Below are positions 36,527-46,873 of a stretch of DNA of 64,000 bases, one piece after another. The position numbers were made by a program, and so were the translations under genes. The notes below the pieces were generated by a model. The model was not told where the DNA came from and ran no database searches. It saw only the letters and a list, made by a program, of their open reading frames with translations. This DNA comes from Eubacterium sp. GTDB taxonomy: Bacteria > Bacillota > Clostridia > Christensenellales > CAG-314. The DNA is taken from positions 151,430 to 215,429 of the forward strand of contig CAVJWC010000001.1 in the NCBI GenBank assembly GCA_963653425.1. Direction: 5' to 3'. The stretch's first letter is position 1. Every line of letters begins with the position of its first letter.

Positions 36527-37846
36527 TTACTCCTCAACCAAAGTTCCCCAAAGCGTTGCCGAATTGTGTTTGTCTATTCTGACCTTCACGAAACGACCGA
36601 TTAAGTCTTCGTCCGAAACCACGTTTACCAGTCTGCCGTTTTCCGTTCTTCCGCAATAGGTTTTGCGTTTGTATTTGTCGTTTATGCCTTCGACGAGAAT
36701 TTCGTATACCCTGCCTTTCATTTCGGAAGAAATCTCGTTCGTGATTTCGTTCTGAAGGGCTTGAAGACGGGTTATTCTGTCGCGTTTTACCGTTCTGTCC
36801 ACCTGATTTTCCATAGAATAACCGGGCGTTCCTTTTCTTCTCGAATATACGAAGCTGTACAGTCCCGTATATCTTACTTTTCTGAGAAGATCGAGCGTTT
36901 CCTGAAAATCTTCTTCCGTTTCTCCCGCAAAGCCCACCATAACGTCTCCGCTTATACCGCAGTCGCTTCCCAAGGTGTTGCGAATATCGTCGATAAGTTC
37001 GAAGTAACGCTCTTTCGTGTAACGTCTGTTCATCGCGGTGAGAATCTTATTGCTTCCCGACTGCACGGGAACGTGTATGTAATTACAGAGCGTATCGTGT
37101 TTTGCCATAACTTCCAGAACGTCGTGAGAAAGGTCCTTGGGGTGAGAAGTCAGGAAACGTATTCTGTGCTTGCCGGGAATAGAACCGATTTCGTCGAGCA
37201 ATTCGGCAAACGTTACTTTGGGTTCGAGATTCTTTCCGTAAGAATTGACGTTCTGACCGAGCAGGGTTATTTCTTTATACCCTTCGGCAAGAAGCTGTTT
37301 GACTTCCGATACGATAACGTCTTTTTCGCGACTTCTTTCTCTTCCTCTTACGTAAGGAACGATACAGTAAGTGCAGAAATTGTTGCAACCGTAAATAATG
37401 TTAACCCAGGCGTTCACTCCGCTCGTTCTGTATATGGGAACGTCTTCGGGAACGGTGTTTCCGATTTCCGTATCTATAAAAGACTTTTTCAGACGAACGT
37501 TGTCTATCTTTTCTCCGAGAAGATGAAGGTTGCCCGTTCCGAGAATTATATTTACGAATGGAAATCTCGCCTTGATTTTCTTTGCCACTCCGTCCTGCTG
37601 ACTCATACAACCGCATACGACGGTAATAAGGTCGGGATTGGCTTTTTTAAGTCTTTTAACTTCGCCTATATGACCGAGAATCTTGGCTTCCGCGGTTTCT
37701 CTTATACAGCAGGTATTAAAAACTATAACGTCCGCCTGAGTGACGTTGGGCGCTAAGGTGTAGCCTTTGCTTTCGAGTATGCCGGCAATTTTTTCCGACT
37801 CGTGAACGTTCATCTGACAGCCGTAAGTGTGAATAAAGTATTTCAT
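36527..37846 (-). CDS. miaB: tRNA-i6A37 methylthiotransferase
   Basis: YGCQMN UPF0004 domain, radical-SAM CNNFCTYCIVP, TRAM C terminus. ATG 37846 lies 7 nt after AGGAGA. Confidence 0.9.
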   Translation of the reverse strand: MKYFIHTYGCQMNVHESEKIAGILESKGYTLAPNVTQADVIVFNTCCIRETAEAKILGHIGEVKRLKKANPDLITVVCGCMSQQDGVAKKIKARFPFVNIILGTGNLHLLGEKIDNVRLKKSFIDTEIGNTVPEDVPIYRTSGVNAWVNIIYGCNNFCTYCIVPYVRGRERSREKDVIVSEVKQLLAEGYKEITLLGQNVNSYGKNLEPKVTFAELLDEIGSIPGKHRIRFLTSHPKDLSHDVLEVMAKHDTLCNYIHVPVQSGSNKILTAMNRRYTKERYFELIDDIRNTLGSDCGISGDVMVGFAGETEEDFQETLDLLRKVRYTGLYSFVYSRRKGTPGYSMENQVDRTVKRDRITRLQALQNEITNEISSEMKGRVYEILVEGINDKYKRKTYCGRTENGRLVNVVSDEDLIGRFVKVRIDKHNSATLWGTLVEE

Positions 37847-37936
37847 AATCAAATCTCCTGATCTTCCATTATAACAGATTTTGTCCGTAAAAGCAAGGAT
37901 TTACCGATAAAAGCCCCGTTTTAGCTCCGTTTCCAC

Positions 37937-37963
37937 TAAAAAAGGCGGATTTCAGTCCGCCTT
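37937..37963 (-). terminator. rho-independent terminator after ligA
   Basis: AGGCGGA-6 nt-TCCGCCT (37943-37962), followed by TTTTTT on the - strand. Confidence 0.8.
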
Positions 37964-38038
37964 ATTAACCGTTTATTCAAGCGTCGGCATTACCGTTCTT
38001 AACGGAATCTTCGTAAGCCGAGAGAGCAAGAGCAATCG

Positions 38039-40003
38039 TTATCTCGTTTTTTCCGTAAACTCTTCTTCGTTCCATACGGTAAGTCCGAGTTTTTTTGCCT
38101 TATCGAGTTTACTGCCCGCGTCGCTGCCAACGATTACGACGTCGACGTTTTTGCTGACCGACGACGACACCTCTCCTCCTTCGGATTCGATGATTTTCGA
38201 AGCCTGACTTCGGGTGAAGTTTTCAAGGCTTCCCGTAAGCACGAATTTCATTCCCGAAAATCTGCCGTCCTTCATTTTACTCTCCGCAACGGGATCTATG
38301 CCCTTTTCTTTAAGCTTTTTAAGAAGAAACAGGTTTTCTTCGTCCCTGAAAAAGTCCGTTACAGACGTTGCGACTATATCGCCCACGTCGTCCGTTTCCA
38401 TAAGTTCTTCCTTGGTAGCGCAGGACAAAGCTTCCACGGAACCGTACTTCACTGCAAGGTCTTTAGCCGTTTTAAGTCCCACGTTGTCTATTCCGAGAGA
38501 GAAAATGAAATTAGCGAGAGGAATGTTCTTTACTTTTTCAAGTGCGGAAAAGAAGTTGTCGACCTTTTTGTCCTTAAATCCGTCGAGTTCGAAGAGGTTT
38601 TCTTTGGTTAAATCCCACAAATCCGACGCGCGGTGAACTCCAAGCTTATCTACCATCTGCGCGACGGTCTTTTCGGATATGCCGTCCACTCCGCAGGCGT
38701 CTCTTCCGCAGAAATGTACTATTCTGCCGATAATCTGCGCTCGGCAACCCGTTTCGTTGGGACAGAACAAATGCGCCCCTTTCATAACGGTAGGCGTTCC
38801 GCACGAAGGGCATTTATCGGGAATGACTATCTCCCCTCCCGCTTGGGAATCGTCCGCAGAACCAAGTATTTCGGGAATAACGTCGTTGCTTCTTCTTACG
38901 TAAACGTCCGAACCCGTTCTGATGCCCTTTCTTTCTATATCGCCGATATTGTTGAGCGTAGCGCGTTTTATGGTGGCTCCGCAAAGTTCTACGGGCTTTA
39001 AGTGAGCGAGCGGCGTGATTTTACCCGTTCTGCCTACGTTCCATTCAACCGAAAGCAACGTCGTCGTGACTTCCTCGGCTTCGAATTTGAAAGCTACCGC
39101 CCACTTTGGGAACTTCTCGGTATATCCGAGTTCTTCCCTACGCGCAAAATCGTTGACTTTTATTACTATTCCGTCGATAAGAAAATCGAGAGACGGACGT
39201 TTTTCGGCTTCTTCTTCGATGATTTTACGGATTTCTCCGTAAGTTTTCGCCGTTTTATTCAGAGCGTTGACAGCAAAACCCTGAGATACGAAGAAGTTCA
39301 GCAAATCCGTCTGAGAGGAAACGCCTTCGGGTCCTCCGTATCCCAAAGAATACAAAACCATACTGAGATTGCGCTTGGCGGTAACCGACGGATCGAGATT
39401 TCTTATAGCTCCGGCAGCTCCGTTACGGGCGTTTTTAAGGGCTTCTTCGGGGTATTTCGCGTTAAAACTTTCAAGTGCCGAAAGCTTCATATAACTTTCG
39501 CCCTGAATTTCCATAACGCCTTTATAGGGAATCGTAAGAGGCAGATTTCTGATTGTTTTAATCTGCGACGTAACTACTTCGCCTTCTATACCGTTGCCTC
39601 GGGTTACGGCGCGAATCAGAACTCCGTCCTCGTAGGTAAGGCTTATATTAAGCCCGTCGTACTTATATTCTACGGTAAATTCCGTTTCGCCCAAAACGTC
39701 GTTAACCTTTTTAACCCACTGTTCGAGTTCGCCGAAAGACTGAACTTTATCGAGACTGTAAAGCCTCCTTATGTGGCGATATTTTTCAAAGCTTTTAAGA
39801 GGCCGACCGCCCACTCTGTGCGTAGGCGAATCGGGATATACGAAACCGAGATTTCTTTCCATATCCGAAAGCCTGTCGTAAAGCGCGTCGTAAACGGCGT
39901 CGCTTACGGACGGGGCGTCGTTTTCGTAATACTCTTTCGCCCATTGGTTAAGAGTATCCACGGTTTCTCTCATTTTTTGAAGAGCGTCTTTATCGTTGGT
40001 CAT
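38039..40003 (-). CDS. ligA: NAD-dependent DNA ligase
   Basis: EYKYDGL adenylation motif (KxDG), Zn-finger CPSCG...C, HhH and BRCT C terminus. Confidence 0.95.
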   Translation of the reverse strand: MTNDKDALQKMRETVDTLNQWAKEYYENDAPSVSDAVYDALYDRLSDMERNLGFVYPDSPTHRVGGRPLKSFEKYRHIRRLYSLDKVQSFGELEQWVKKVNDVLGETEFTVEYKYDGLNISLTYEDGVLIRAVTRGNGIEGEVVTSQIKTIRNLPLTIPYKGVMEIQGESYMKLSALESFNAKYPEEALKNARNGAAGAIRNLDPSVTAKRNLSMVLYSLGYGGPEGVSSQTDLLNFFVSQGFAVNALNKTAKTYGEIRKIIEEEAEKRPSLDFLIDGIVIKVNDFARREELGYTEKFPKWAVAFKFEAEEVTTTLLSVEWNVGRTGKITPLAHLKPVELCGATIKRATLNNIGDIERKGIRTGSDVYVRRSNDVIPEILGSADDSQAGGEIVIPDKCPSCGTPTVMKGAHLFCPNETGCRAQIIGRIVHFCGRDACGVDGISEKTVAQMVDKLGVHRASDLWDLTKENLFELDGFKDKKVDNFFSALEKVKNIPLANFIFSLGIDNVGLKTAKDLAVKYGSVEALSCATKEELMETDDVGDIVATSVTDFFRDEENLFLLKKLKEKGIDPVAESKMKDGRFSGMKFVLTGSLENFTRSQASKIIESEGGEVSSSVSKNVDVVIVGSDAGSKLDKAKKLGLTVWNEEEFTEKTR

Positions 40004-40014
40004 TTTTCACCACT

Positions 40015-42231
40015 TCAGTCTTTTTTAATTTCTATCGGCGCAAACTTAACGGCAAGAGTCTTGACTCCTATTCCCTTAAAAACTACGTCTATATTATCGC
40101 CTTTCTGCTGTAAAACCGTTCCTTCGCCGAAAACCTTATGTATGATTTTCGTTCCCGCGGGATAGGTCTTTGCCGCCTTTTTCTCGGACAAACGCTGATC
40201 GTAGGTCGAAGGTTTGGTTGACGGCGAATAGTCGAATTCTTCGTCGGAATTTCCGTAAGAATACGACCTGTCTTTATGTTCTCGTCTCGGTTCGCTTTTA
40301 CCCGAAAGCGTTTTTTCGTAACCGAGCGACATCGCAACTTCCCTGAAAAATACGGATTCGGCTTGTTCTTTCCTTTGTCCGTAGATAAATCTGCTCGAAG
40401 CGCGCGTAAGATAAAGCCGTTCCATGGCTCTCGTTACGGCAACGTACATAAGCCTTCTTTCTTCGCTCATCTGACGCGGATCGTAATAAGCCGACATCCC
40501 GGGGAAGATGCCCTGTTCGAGTCCTGCGACGAATACGACTTTGAATTCCAGTCCCTTTGCCGAATGCACCGTTGCAATGGTAACCGAGTCGTCCGAGGAT
40601 TCGTTCCTGTCGTAATCTGCCTGAAGAGATACCGATTGCAGAAAATCGCTCAGAGTCGCGCCGTTGTTGCTCTTCGTGAAGTCCGCAACCGCCTGACGGA
40701 ACTCGTCCACTACTATCGACTTTTCGTAATCGCCTTTATCTGCCGACGAATAGGCGTTTCTTATTTCGAGAACGTCGAAAAGCGTGTCGGTAAAGTCCGG
40801 AAGAGGCGTTGTATTCGCCGTTTCCGTCATATCGAGAATAAGCTTTGCGAAATCCTTTAATTTCACGCGCAAAGAGGTGGTTAATCCCGTGATTTCTTCG
40901 GTGTTGACGGCAGCTTCCAAGGCGTGATATTTGTTTTCCTGAGCGAAAACCCTGAGTTTATTGAGAGAAGTTTCGCCTATTCCTCTTCTCGGGAAGTTGA
41001 CTACGCGGTAAAAGGCTTCGTCGTCGGAAGGATTGTCTATAAGTCTGAAATAAGCCAGAATATCTTTGACTTCCTTTCTGTCGAAGAACTTAAAACCGCC
41101 GTAAACTCTCGACGGTACGCCGAATTTCAGAAGTTCCTGTTCGAAAGACCTGCTCAAAGCGTTTATTCTCATAAGAATAGCGCAGTCTTTATAAGCAACG
41201 CCGTTGTATTTATGAAGCGACATAATCTGATTAACGACGTACATTGCTTCTTCCGCTTCGGTAGGCGCGCTGTAGGTTTCTATCCTTACGCCGTCGCTGT
41301 TTTCCGTCCAGAGCTTTTTATCGAATCTTTCGGGATTTTTTGCGATAATCTCGTTGGCTACGCCGAGAATCTTTTTGGTCGAACGATAATTCTGTTCGAG
41401 TTTGAAAATCCGAACGTCGGGGAAGTCTTTTTTGAAATCGAGAAGGTTTCTGACTTCCGCTCCGCGCCAGCCGTATATGGACTGGTCGTCGTCGCCCACG
41501 ATAAAAATATTACCGTATGTTTCAGCCAGCATTTTTATTATATAATACTGAACGCGGTTGGTATCCTGAAACTCGTCTACGCTGATATAACGAAAACGTC
41601 TGCCGTATTTTTCCCGCATATCGGGATTGTCTTTGAGAAGAAAATAAGTGTTGGTAACCAGATCGTCGAAATCCATGGCGTTGTTGGATTTTAAGGACGC
41701 TCCGTATTCTTTCATTACCGTAAGAATAACCTTTCCGTGAATATCCGATTCGAGGTACTTGTTAAAATAAGCCGAAGGAGTCAGAGCCTGATCTTTCGCT
41801 TTTGAAATATGATAAGAAAAAGGGAGCTCGGCGTCTTTCTCGCCCAGCCCTAAACGCTTTATTACGTTTTTAAGAACTTTGTCCGATTCGCTTTCGGTGT
41901 AAATGGAAAAATTGGAAGTAAATCCGATCGACGCCGCTTCGTAACGAAGTATACGCGTACACATACTGTGTATGGTCGTAACCAGCATTCTGCCGATATT
42001 TCCGAGCATACCGATAAGGCGGTTTTTCATCTCGTCTGCCGCCTTGTTCGTAAAAGTAACCGCTAAAATATCGTCCGGATTTACTCCGCACTCTTTTACC
42101 ATATACGCTATTCTGTGAGTCAGAACTCGGGTTTTACCGCTACCCGCCCCCGCAAGCACCATAACGGCACCCGTAGTGGCTTCGGCGGCTGCTTTTTGCG
42201 CCGGATTAAGCCCGTCCAGAAATAGCGACAC
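40015..42231 (-). CDS. pcrA: ATP-dependent DNA helicase PcrA (UvrD family)
   Basis: LNPAQKAA...AGAGSGKTRVLTHR Walker A, VDEFQDTN, TVHSAKGLEF. Confidence 0.95.
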   Translation of the reverse strand: MSLFLDGLNPAQKAAAEATTGAVMVLAGAGSGKTRVLTHRIAYMVKECGVNPDDILAVTFTNKAADEMKNRLIGMLGNIGRMLVTTIHSMCTRILRYEAASIGFTSNFSIYTESESDKVLKNVIKRLGLGEKDAELPFSYHISKAKDQALTPSAYFNKYLESDIHGKVILTVMKEYGASLKSNNAMDFDDLVTNTYFLLKDNPDMREKYGRRFRYISVDEFQDTNRVQYYIIKMLAETYGNIFIVGDDDQSIYGWRGAEVRNLLDFKKDFPDVRIFKLEQNYRSTKKILGVANEIIAKNPERFDKKLWTENSDGVRIETYSAPTEAEEAMYVVNQIMSLHKYNGVAYKDCAILMRINALSRSFEQELLKFGVPSRVYGGFKFFDRKEVKDILAYFRLIDNPSDDEAFYRVVNFPRRGIGETSLNKLRVFAQENKYHALEAAVNTEEITGLTTSLRVKLKDFAKLILDMTETANTTPLPDFTDTLFDVLEIRNAYSSADKGDYEKSIVVDEFRQAVADFTKSNNGATLSDFLQSVSLQADYDRNESSDDSVTIATVHSAKGLEFKVVFVAGLEQGIFPGMSAYYDPRQMSEERRLMYVAVTRAMERLYLTRASSRFIYGQRKEQAESVFFREVAMSLGYEKTLSGKSEPRREHKDRSYSYGNSDEEFDYSPSTKPSTYDQRLSEKKAAKTYPAGTKIIHKVFGEGTVLQQKGDNIDVVFKGIGVKTLAVKFAPIEIKKD

Positions 42232-42233
42232 CG

Positions 42234-42545
42234 TTACTGTTTAACCTCTTTATCCTGTTCCTGAAGTCTTTTAATAACCGCTACGTATCCGCCGTTACCG
42301 TATTCAAGGCTTCTGTTGATTCTGCTGATGGTTGCGGTAGACGCCTTGGTGATATAAGAAATGGCGTTGTAGGTAACCTTATCGTAAAGAAGTTCGGAAA
42401 CCTGGAATCTCTGAGCGAAACTCTTAAGTTCGGACATACTGCAAAGATCCTCAAAGAACATATAGCAATCTTCTACCGTTTCGAGCGTAAGAATTCCTCT
42501 GAATAACTTGTCCAACTCTTTAGATTTTATTTTGTCGTTAGCCAT
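42234..42545 (-). CDS. YerC/YecD family TrpR-related protein
   Basis: 103 aa. ...RFQVSELL...TYNAISYITKASTATISRINRSLEYG. Conserved position upstream of pcrA-ligA, as in Bacillus. Confidence 0.8.
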   Translation of the reverse strand: MANDKIKSKELDKLFRGILTLETVEDCYMFFEDLCSMSELKSFAQRFQVSELLYDKVTYNAISYITKASTATISRINRSLEYGNGGYVAVIKRLQEQDKEVKQ

Positions 42546-42724
42546 AACAGACCTCCATTGTAATTATCCCGTTTGCATGTGTTTTAGCTGTCAATGTTTA
42601 ATCTATTAACACTGCAAACTGTAACAACTACATTATAACAGAATTCCCCTAAAAAAGCTACTTTTTTTCGACAAATTATTAAAGTTTTTTTACTTTTTTA
42701 ATTATCTATTGGTAAAGCGTGAAA

Positions 42725-43123
42725 TTATGATTGCGTGCAGTGTTCTTTTTCGTATTTTCTGACCATTTGCTGGTATTTTTCAGATATTTCGAGGGTTTTT
42801 ATCGCTCTTTTATCGGAAGGAAGTTCGTCTACGCCTTCGTACTGACATAAAAGGCTTATAGGGTTGGTGACGATTTCCGTGGATTCGAGAATGTCGCATA
42901 CTTTCTTATAGAAGCGTTTATCGCTTTCGTATTTTTTGCGGTTATAAAGCATTACGGCAAGTTCCGCGCGTTCTTCGGCAACCAGCGTTTCAGCCGACGC
43001 TCCGCGTTCGCGAGCCTGTTCTTCCATTTGGTTCCATCGTTGCTGCTTCTTTTCCCAGAAGCCCGTTCTGAGTCTTTCTTTTGCTTCTTTTGCGTAAGTT
43101 TTGAAGGGGGATTTAGCTCTCAT
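42725..43123 (-). CDS. hypothetical protein (132 aa, highly charged)
   Basis: Clean ORF with codon usage like its neighbours. No family recognised. Confidence 0.5.
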   Translation of the reverse strand: MRAKSPFKTYAKEAKERLRTGFWEKKQQRWNQMEEQARERGASAETLVAEERAELAVMLYNRKKYESDKRFYKKVCDILESTEIVTNPISLLCQYEGVDELPSDKRAIKTLEISEKYQQMVRKYEKEHCTQS

Positions 43124-43185
43124 GTTTTGCTCCTTTTTCTTCGTAAAAACCGCTATTCCGACAAAAATCGCGTTTTCCGTATACT

Positions 43186-43223
43186 AAAACTGCTTACCGA
43201 AAATCGATTTCGGTAAGCAGTTT
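43186..43223 (-). terminator. rho-independent terminator after rpsU
   Basis: 13-bp perfect stem CTGCTTACCGAAA / TTTCGGTAAGCAG (43190-43202 and 43208-43220), flanked by A and T runs. Confidence 0.85.
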
Positions 43224-43234
43224 ACGTTTGATAT

Positions 43235-43411
43235 TTACTGTTTGCTACGTTTACGAGCCGCTTCGGCTTTCTTCTTACGACGTACGCTGGGTTTTTCGTA
43301 ATGTTCCTTACGTCTGAGGTCGCCGATAATGCCATCTCTTGCACACTTTCTCTTAAATCTGCGCAATGCGGAATCCAAAGTTTCGTTTTCGCCTACTCTT
43401 ATTACTGACAT
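43235..43411 (-). CDS. rpsU: 30S ribosomal protein S21
   Basis: [28 protein letters not shown]... AGGAAAGGAGG upstream of ATG 43411. The ORF track start at 43441 is an extension. Confidence 0.95.
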   Translation of the reverse strand: MSVIRVGENETLDSALRRFKRKCARDGIIGDLRRKEHYEKPSVRRKKKAEAARKRSKQ

Positions 43412-43470
43412 TCTATTCGCCTCCTTTCCTGTAAGGTTCATTTCAACTCACTATTCATAGTTGCCCTTAT

Positions 43471-43498
43471 ATTATAGCGTTTTTACGCCGTTTGTCAA
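43471..43498 (-). promoter_or_regulatory. sigma-A promoter for rpsU
   Basis: On the - strand, TTGACA (43493-43498), 16-nt spacer, TATAAT (43471-43476). Confidence 0.6.
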
Positions 43499-43537
43499 CT
43501 GTTTTCAGGCGTTTCCGTATATTTTTTCTTAAAATTC

Positions 43538-43873
43538 TTATTCAAAAGGAAGAGGCTCTCCCCCGAGAATATGTATGTGCAGATGCGGAACGGTCTGTCC
43601 GGCGTATTCGCCCTGGTTTATAATCAGTCTGTAACCCTTTTCGAGATGAAGAACGGGACGCAGGTCTTTGAGCTTTCCGAGCATTCTCGCAAGAGTCTCG
43701 GCTCTCTTTTCGTCGAGTTCGTCCAAAAGCGGATAATGGTCTTTGGGTATCATAAGATAATGCAGTTTTGCTTTGGGAGAAATGTCTTTGATTATAATGC
43801 AGTCGTCGTCTTCGTAAAGGCGCGCGGAAGGAATTTCTCCTCTTAAAATTTTACAGAATACGCAGTCGTTCAT
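43538..43873 (-). CDS. HIT family (histidine triad) nucleotide-binding protein
   Basis: CVFCKI...HLHIHILGG histidine triad. Confidence 0.9.
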   Translation of the reverse strand: MNDCVFCKILRGEIPSARLYEDDDCIIIKDISPKAKLHYLMIPKDHYPLLDELDEKRAETLARMLGKLKDLRPVLHLEKGYRLIINQGEYAGQTVPHLHIHILGGEPLPFE

Positions 43874-43898
43874 TTTTTGTCCTCCGTTTTATATTGTA

Positions 43899-45134
43899 TT
43901 AATCGTCAATAAGAACGCATCCGAGTCCGTCTTTCACGGGTGCGGTGAGTTTTACGCCGATGAGCTTACCTTCGGGCATAGGGCTATTCGGATAAACTCT
44001 TATGTAGTTAGAAGTATATCCGCCGTCGTCCTCGAAAATAACCTGCGCTCTTTTGCCGATAAACTTGTTTATATAGGCTTCGTGAAGCTCTTTTTTGATT
44101 TCGAGAAGGTCGTTCACGCGCTTTTTCTTTATTTCGGGCGCAACCTGTTTCATTCCGGCGGCGTTGGTTCCGTTCCTTAAAGAATACTCGAAAACGTGAA
44201 TGTCCGCAAAGCCCACGCTTTTCGCAAACCCTGTCGTTTCCTTGTGCATTTCGTCGGTTTCTGTGGGAAATCCCGCGATTATGTCCGTAGTTATGGCGGC
44301 GTCGGGGTAATAGGAACGTATAAGCTTAACCGCGTCAAAGTACATTTCGGGCGTATAATGTCTGTTCATACGGCGAAGAACTTCTCTGCTTCCGCTTTGA
44401 AGAGACAGGTGGAAATGTTCGGCAAGATTGACGTTGGAGCTTATCTCGTCAAGAAAAGCCTTGTTTATAACGTTGACTTCGAGACTACCCAGTCTTATTC
44501 TGGTCTTTCCGTCGTTAAGCCTCGAAACAAGCCGTCCGAGACTGCTATGGGTGTCCGTTCCGTAAGAGCTTATATCTATACCCGTAAGCACCACTTCTTC
44601 GTGACTTTTTCTGAGAGAATCGAATTCTTTAAGGATTTCTTCTTCGTTTCTGCTTCTTACTCTGCCTCTGAGATAGGGAATCAGGCAGTAAGAACAGAAG
44701 TTGTTGCAACCGTCGGCGATTTTGATTACAGCCCGCGTTCTTCCTTCGGAAAAAAGTCCTTCTTCGTTATATCTCAAAGGAAGCTCGGCAACGTCCGTTC
44801 CGACGTCGAGAAGGTGGTTTATGATTTCGTTTTTGTCGGCGACGCCTTTAACGTAAGTTACTCCCTCGATGTCTGAAAACTGTTTGGGGTTATTCTGAGC
44901 GGCGCAACCGCATATAAGAACTCTCGCTTTGGGATTGAACTTCAACGCTCTCGCAACCGCCTGACGGGATTTTTTCTCGGCTTCGTTGGTGACGGCGCAG
45001 GTGTTTATAATATACGCGTCTGCCGTGCAAAGTTCGTCGGACGCTTCGAAGCCACGTTCTTCGAGCAAAGCTATAATTCTGTCCGCTTCGTACCTGTTGA
45101 CTTTACAACCGAGATTGAATACGCAAACTTTCAA
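43899..45134 (-). CDS. mtaB: tRNA-t6A37 methylthiotransferase
   Basis: NLGCKVNRYE N terminus and radical-SAM CNNFCSYCLIP. Located in the prmA-rsmE-mtaB cluster. Confidence 0.85.
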   Translation of the reverse strand: MKVCVFNLGCKVNRYEADRIIALLEERGFEASDELCTADAYIINTCAVTNEAEKKSRQAVARALKFNPKARVLICGCAAQNNPKQFSDIEGVTYVKGVADKNEIINHLLDVGTDVAELPLRYNEEGLFSEGRTRAVIKIADGCNNFCSYCLIPYLRGRVRSRNEEEILKEFDSLRKSHEEVVLTGIDISSYGTDTHSSLGRLVSRLNDGKTRIRLGSLEVNVINKAFLDEISSNVNLAEHFHLSLQSGSREVLRRMNRHYTPEMYFDAVKLIRSYYPDAAITTDIIAGFPTETDEMHKETTGFAKSVGFADIHVFEYSLRNGTNAAGMKQVAPEIKKKRVNDLLEIKKELHEAYINKFIGKRAQVIFEDDGGYTSNYIRVYPNSPMPEGKLIGVKLTAPVKDGLGCVLIDD

Positions 45135-45862
45135 TTTTCTTCCTCCGTTTGAGCGACTATAAGCGACAACGCGAAGAGCGACGCCGTTTCCGTTCTTAAA
45201 ATTCTTCCGCAGAGCTTGACGGTAGTTGCTTTTTCCGAAAGCTTCCGGGCTTCTTCGTCCGAAAATCCTCCCTCCGCTCCTATAATCAAAGCTATTTTTC
45301 CTTCTTTTGGTAATGTCGGCAATACCGATTTAAGAGTGACGTTCTTTTCTTTCTCGTAACAGAAAAGCACTCTGTCGAATTCACTCAGTCTGTCCGTCAT
45401 TTCGTCAAACGAAACTTCCTCAAAGACGTTCATAACTTTCGCACGCGCACATTGTTTGGCGGCTTCGAGAGCGATACGCGAATAGCGGTCGGTCTTTCCT
45501 TCGGCTTTGGCGACGGTAAAATCGCTTCCGAAAGGAACGAAAGAGTCGGCTCCGAGTTCGGTGGCTTTCTGAATTACGTATTCCATCTTGTCGCTTTTGG
45601 CAGATCCCTGAAAAAGCGTGATTCTGACGGGCAATTCGGCTTGAGAGAGCGTTTTCTTCCTGATAGAAAGAACGGCTTGTTTCTTGTCTATATCGTCTAT
45701 TACGCAGGCGTATTCGTATCCGCTTCCGTCGAAAACCACTATCTCGTCCCCCTCGTTCATTCGGAGGACTTTGAAAAGATGGCGGTGTTCGTTACCCGTG
45801 AGAATGATTTCGTTTCCCGTTATACATTCGGGAGAAACTCCGAAATGTCTGAATTCGCTCAT
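45131..45862 (-). CDS. rsmE: 16S rRNA (uracil1498-N3)-methyltransferase
   Basis: HHLFKVLRMNEGDEI PUA-like N terminus and SPOUT C terminus. ATGA overlaps with both prmA and mtaB. Confidence 0.85.
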   Translation of the reverse strand: MSEFRHFGVSPECITGNEIILTGNEHRHLFKVLRMNEGDEIVVFDGSGYEYACVIDDIDKKQAVLSIRKKTLSQAELPVRITLFQGSAKSDKMEYVIQKATELGADSFVPFGSDFTVAKAEGKTDRYSRIALEAAKQCARAKVMNVFEEVSFDEMTDRLSEFDRVLFCYEKEKNVTLKSVLPTLPKEGKIALIIGAEGGFSDEEARKLSEKATTVKLCGRILRTETASLFALSLIVAQTEEEN

Positions 45863-46776
45863 CTTTTTACCATAAGCACGGCGCGCCATTCGCCTTTGGA
45901 ACGCGTTTCTTTCGTTTCGAAGCCGAGACTTTCGTATAAAGAAAGAACTTCGTCAAGTTTAACGTCAAGAATGCCCGAAAGGATAACCGTCGTTCCTTTG
46001 CGGACGACTCGGTTAATGTCCTTCGCAAGCAAGGCGAGAATGTCAGCCGTGAGATTTGCAAGCACCACGTCGTAAACTCCGTTTGTCGCGGAAACGAGGT
46101 CGGCGCAGACTATTTCTACGTCCTTTTCGCAACCGTTAAGCTTTGCGTTCATAAAAGAAGCTTCCACAGCCTGAGAGTCCATGTCCACGAGAAGCACTTT
46201 CTCCGCTCCGAGAAGGCGAGCCGTAATTCCTAAAATTCCGCTTCCGCAACCAACGTCGATAACCGACTGTTCGGAAAAATCAAGCGTCTCCATAAGTTCG
46301 AGAACCATAGAGGTCGTTTCGTGTTCTCCCGTGCCGAAAGCAAACCCGGGATCGATTCTTACGACGGTTTTGTTTTGAGAATTTTCGTAGTTTATCCATT
46401 CGGGACAGATCACGATTTTCCCTAAATCTATGGGCTTGAAATACTTCTTCCAGACGTCGCGCCAGTTGTCCGATTCTTTCTCGGAAAAGCTCATTTCAGC
46501 AGAACCTATATCCATACCGAGAGATCTGATTTCCTTTATCTTTTCGTAAAGCGACGGAAGGACTTTATCTTTTTCCTCTGCCTTAACGTATCCGTTAAGA
46601 ATAACTTCTTCGTCGAAATCGGCTTCTACGGAGTCGTCCTTATAATCCCACGTTTCTTCTTTAAGGTCTTTTTTATCGTATATGGAAACGCCTTCGCCCG
46701 TAAGTTCTTCTAAAACTTCGGCGAGAAGTTCGCTTCCGAAAGTATTGGTTTTTATTTTAATTTCAACGTATTTCAT
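45859..46776 (-). CDS. prmA: ribosomal protein L11 methyltransferase
   Basis: IDPGFAFGTGEHETT...DVGCGSGILG motifs. Confidence 0.9.
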   Translation of the reverse strand: MKYVEIKIKTNTFGSELLAEVLEELTGEGVSIYDKKDLKEETWDYKDDSVEADFDEEVILNGYVKAEEKDKVLPSLYEKIKEIRSLGMDIGSAEMSFSEKESDNWRDVWKKYFKPIDLGKIVICPEWINYENSQNKTVVRIDPGFAFGTGEHETTSMVLELMETLDFSEQSVIDVGCGSGILGITARLLGAEKVLLVDMDSQAVEASFMNAKLNGCEKDVEIVCADLVSATNGVYDVVLANLTADILALLAKDINRVVRKGTTVILSGILDVKLDEVLSLYESLGFETKETRSKGEWRAVLMVKR

Positions 46777-46873
46777 TTGTTTCGGTTAAATTTACGCGTA
46801 AAAACGTTTCGGGACGTAATTTACGCGGTTTTATATCAAAAGCCTTGCCGTGCGTGTATTTCTCGGGCAGTCG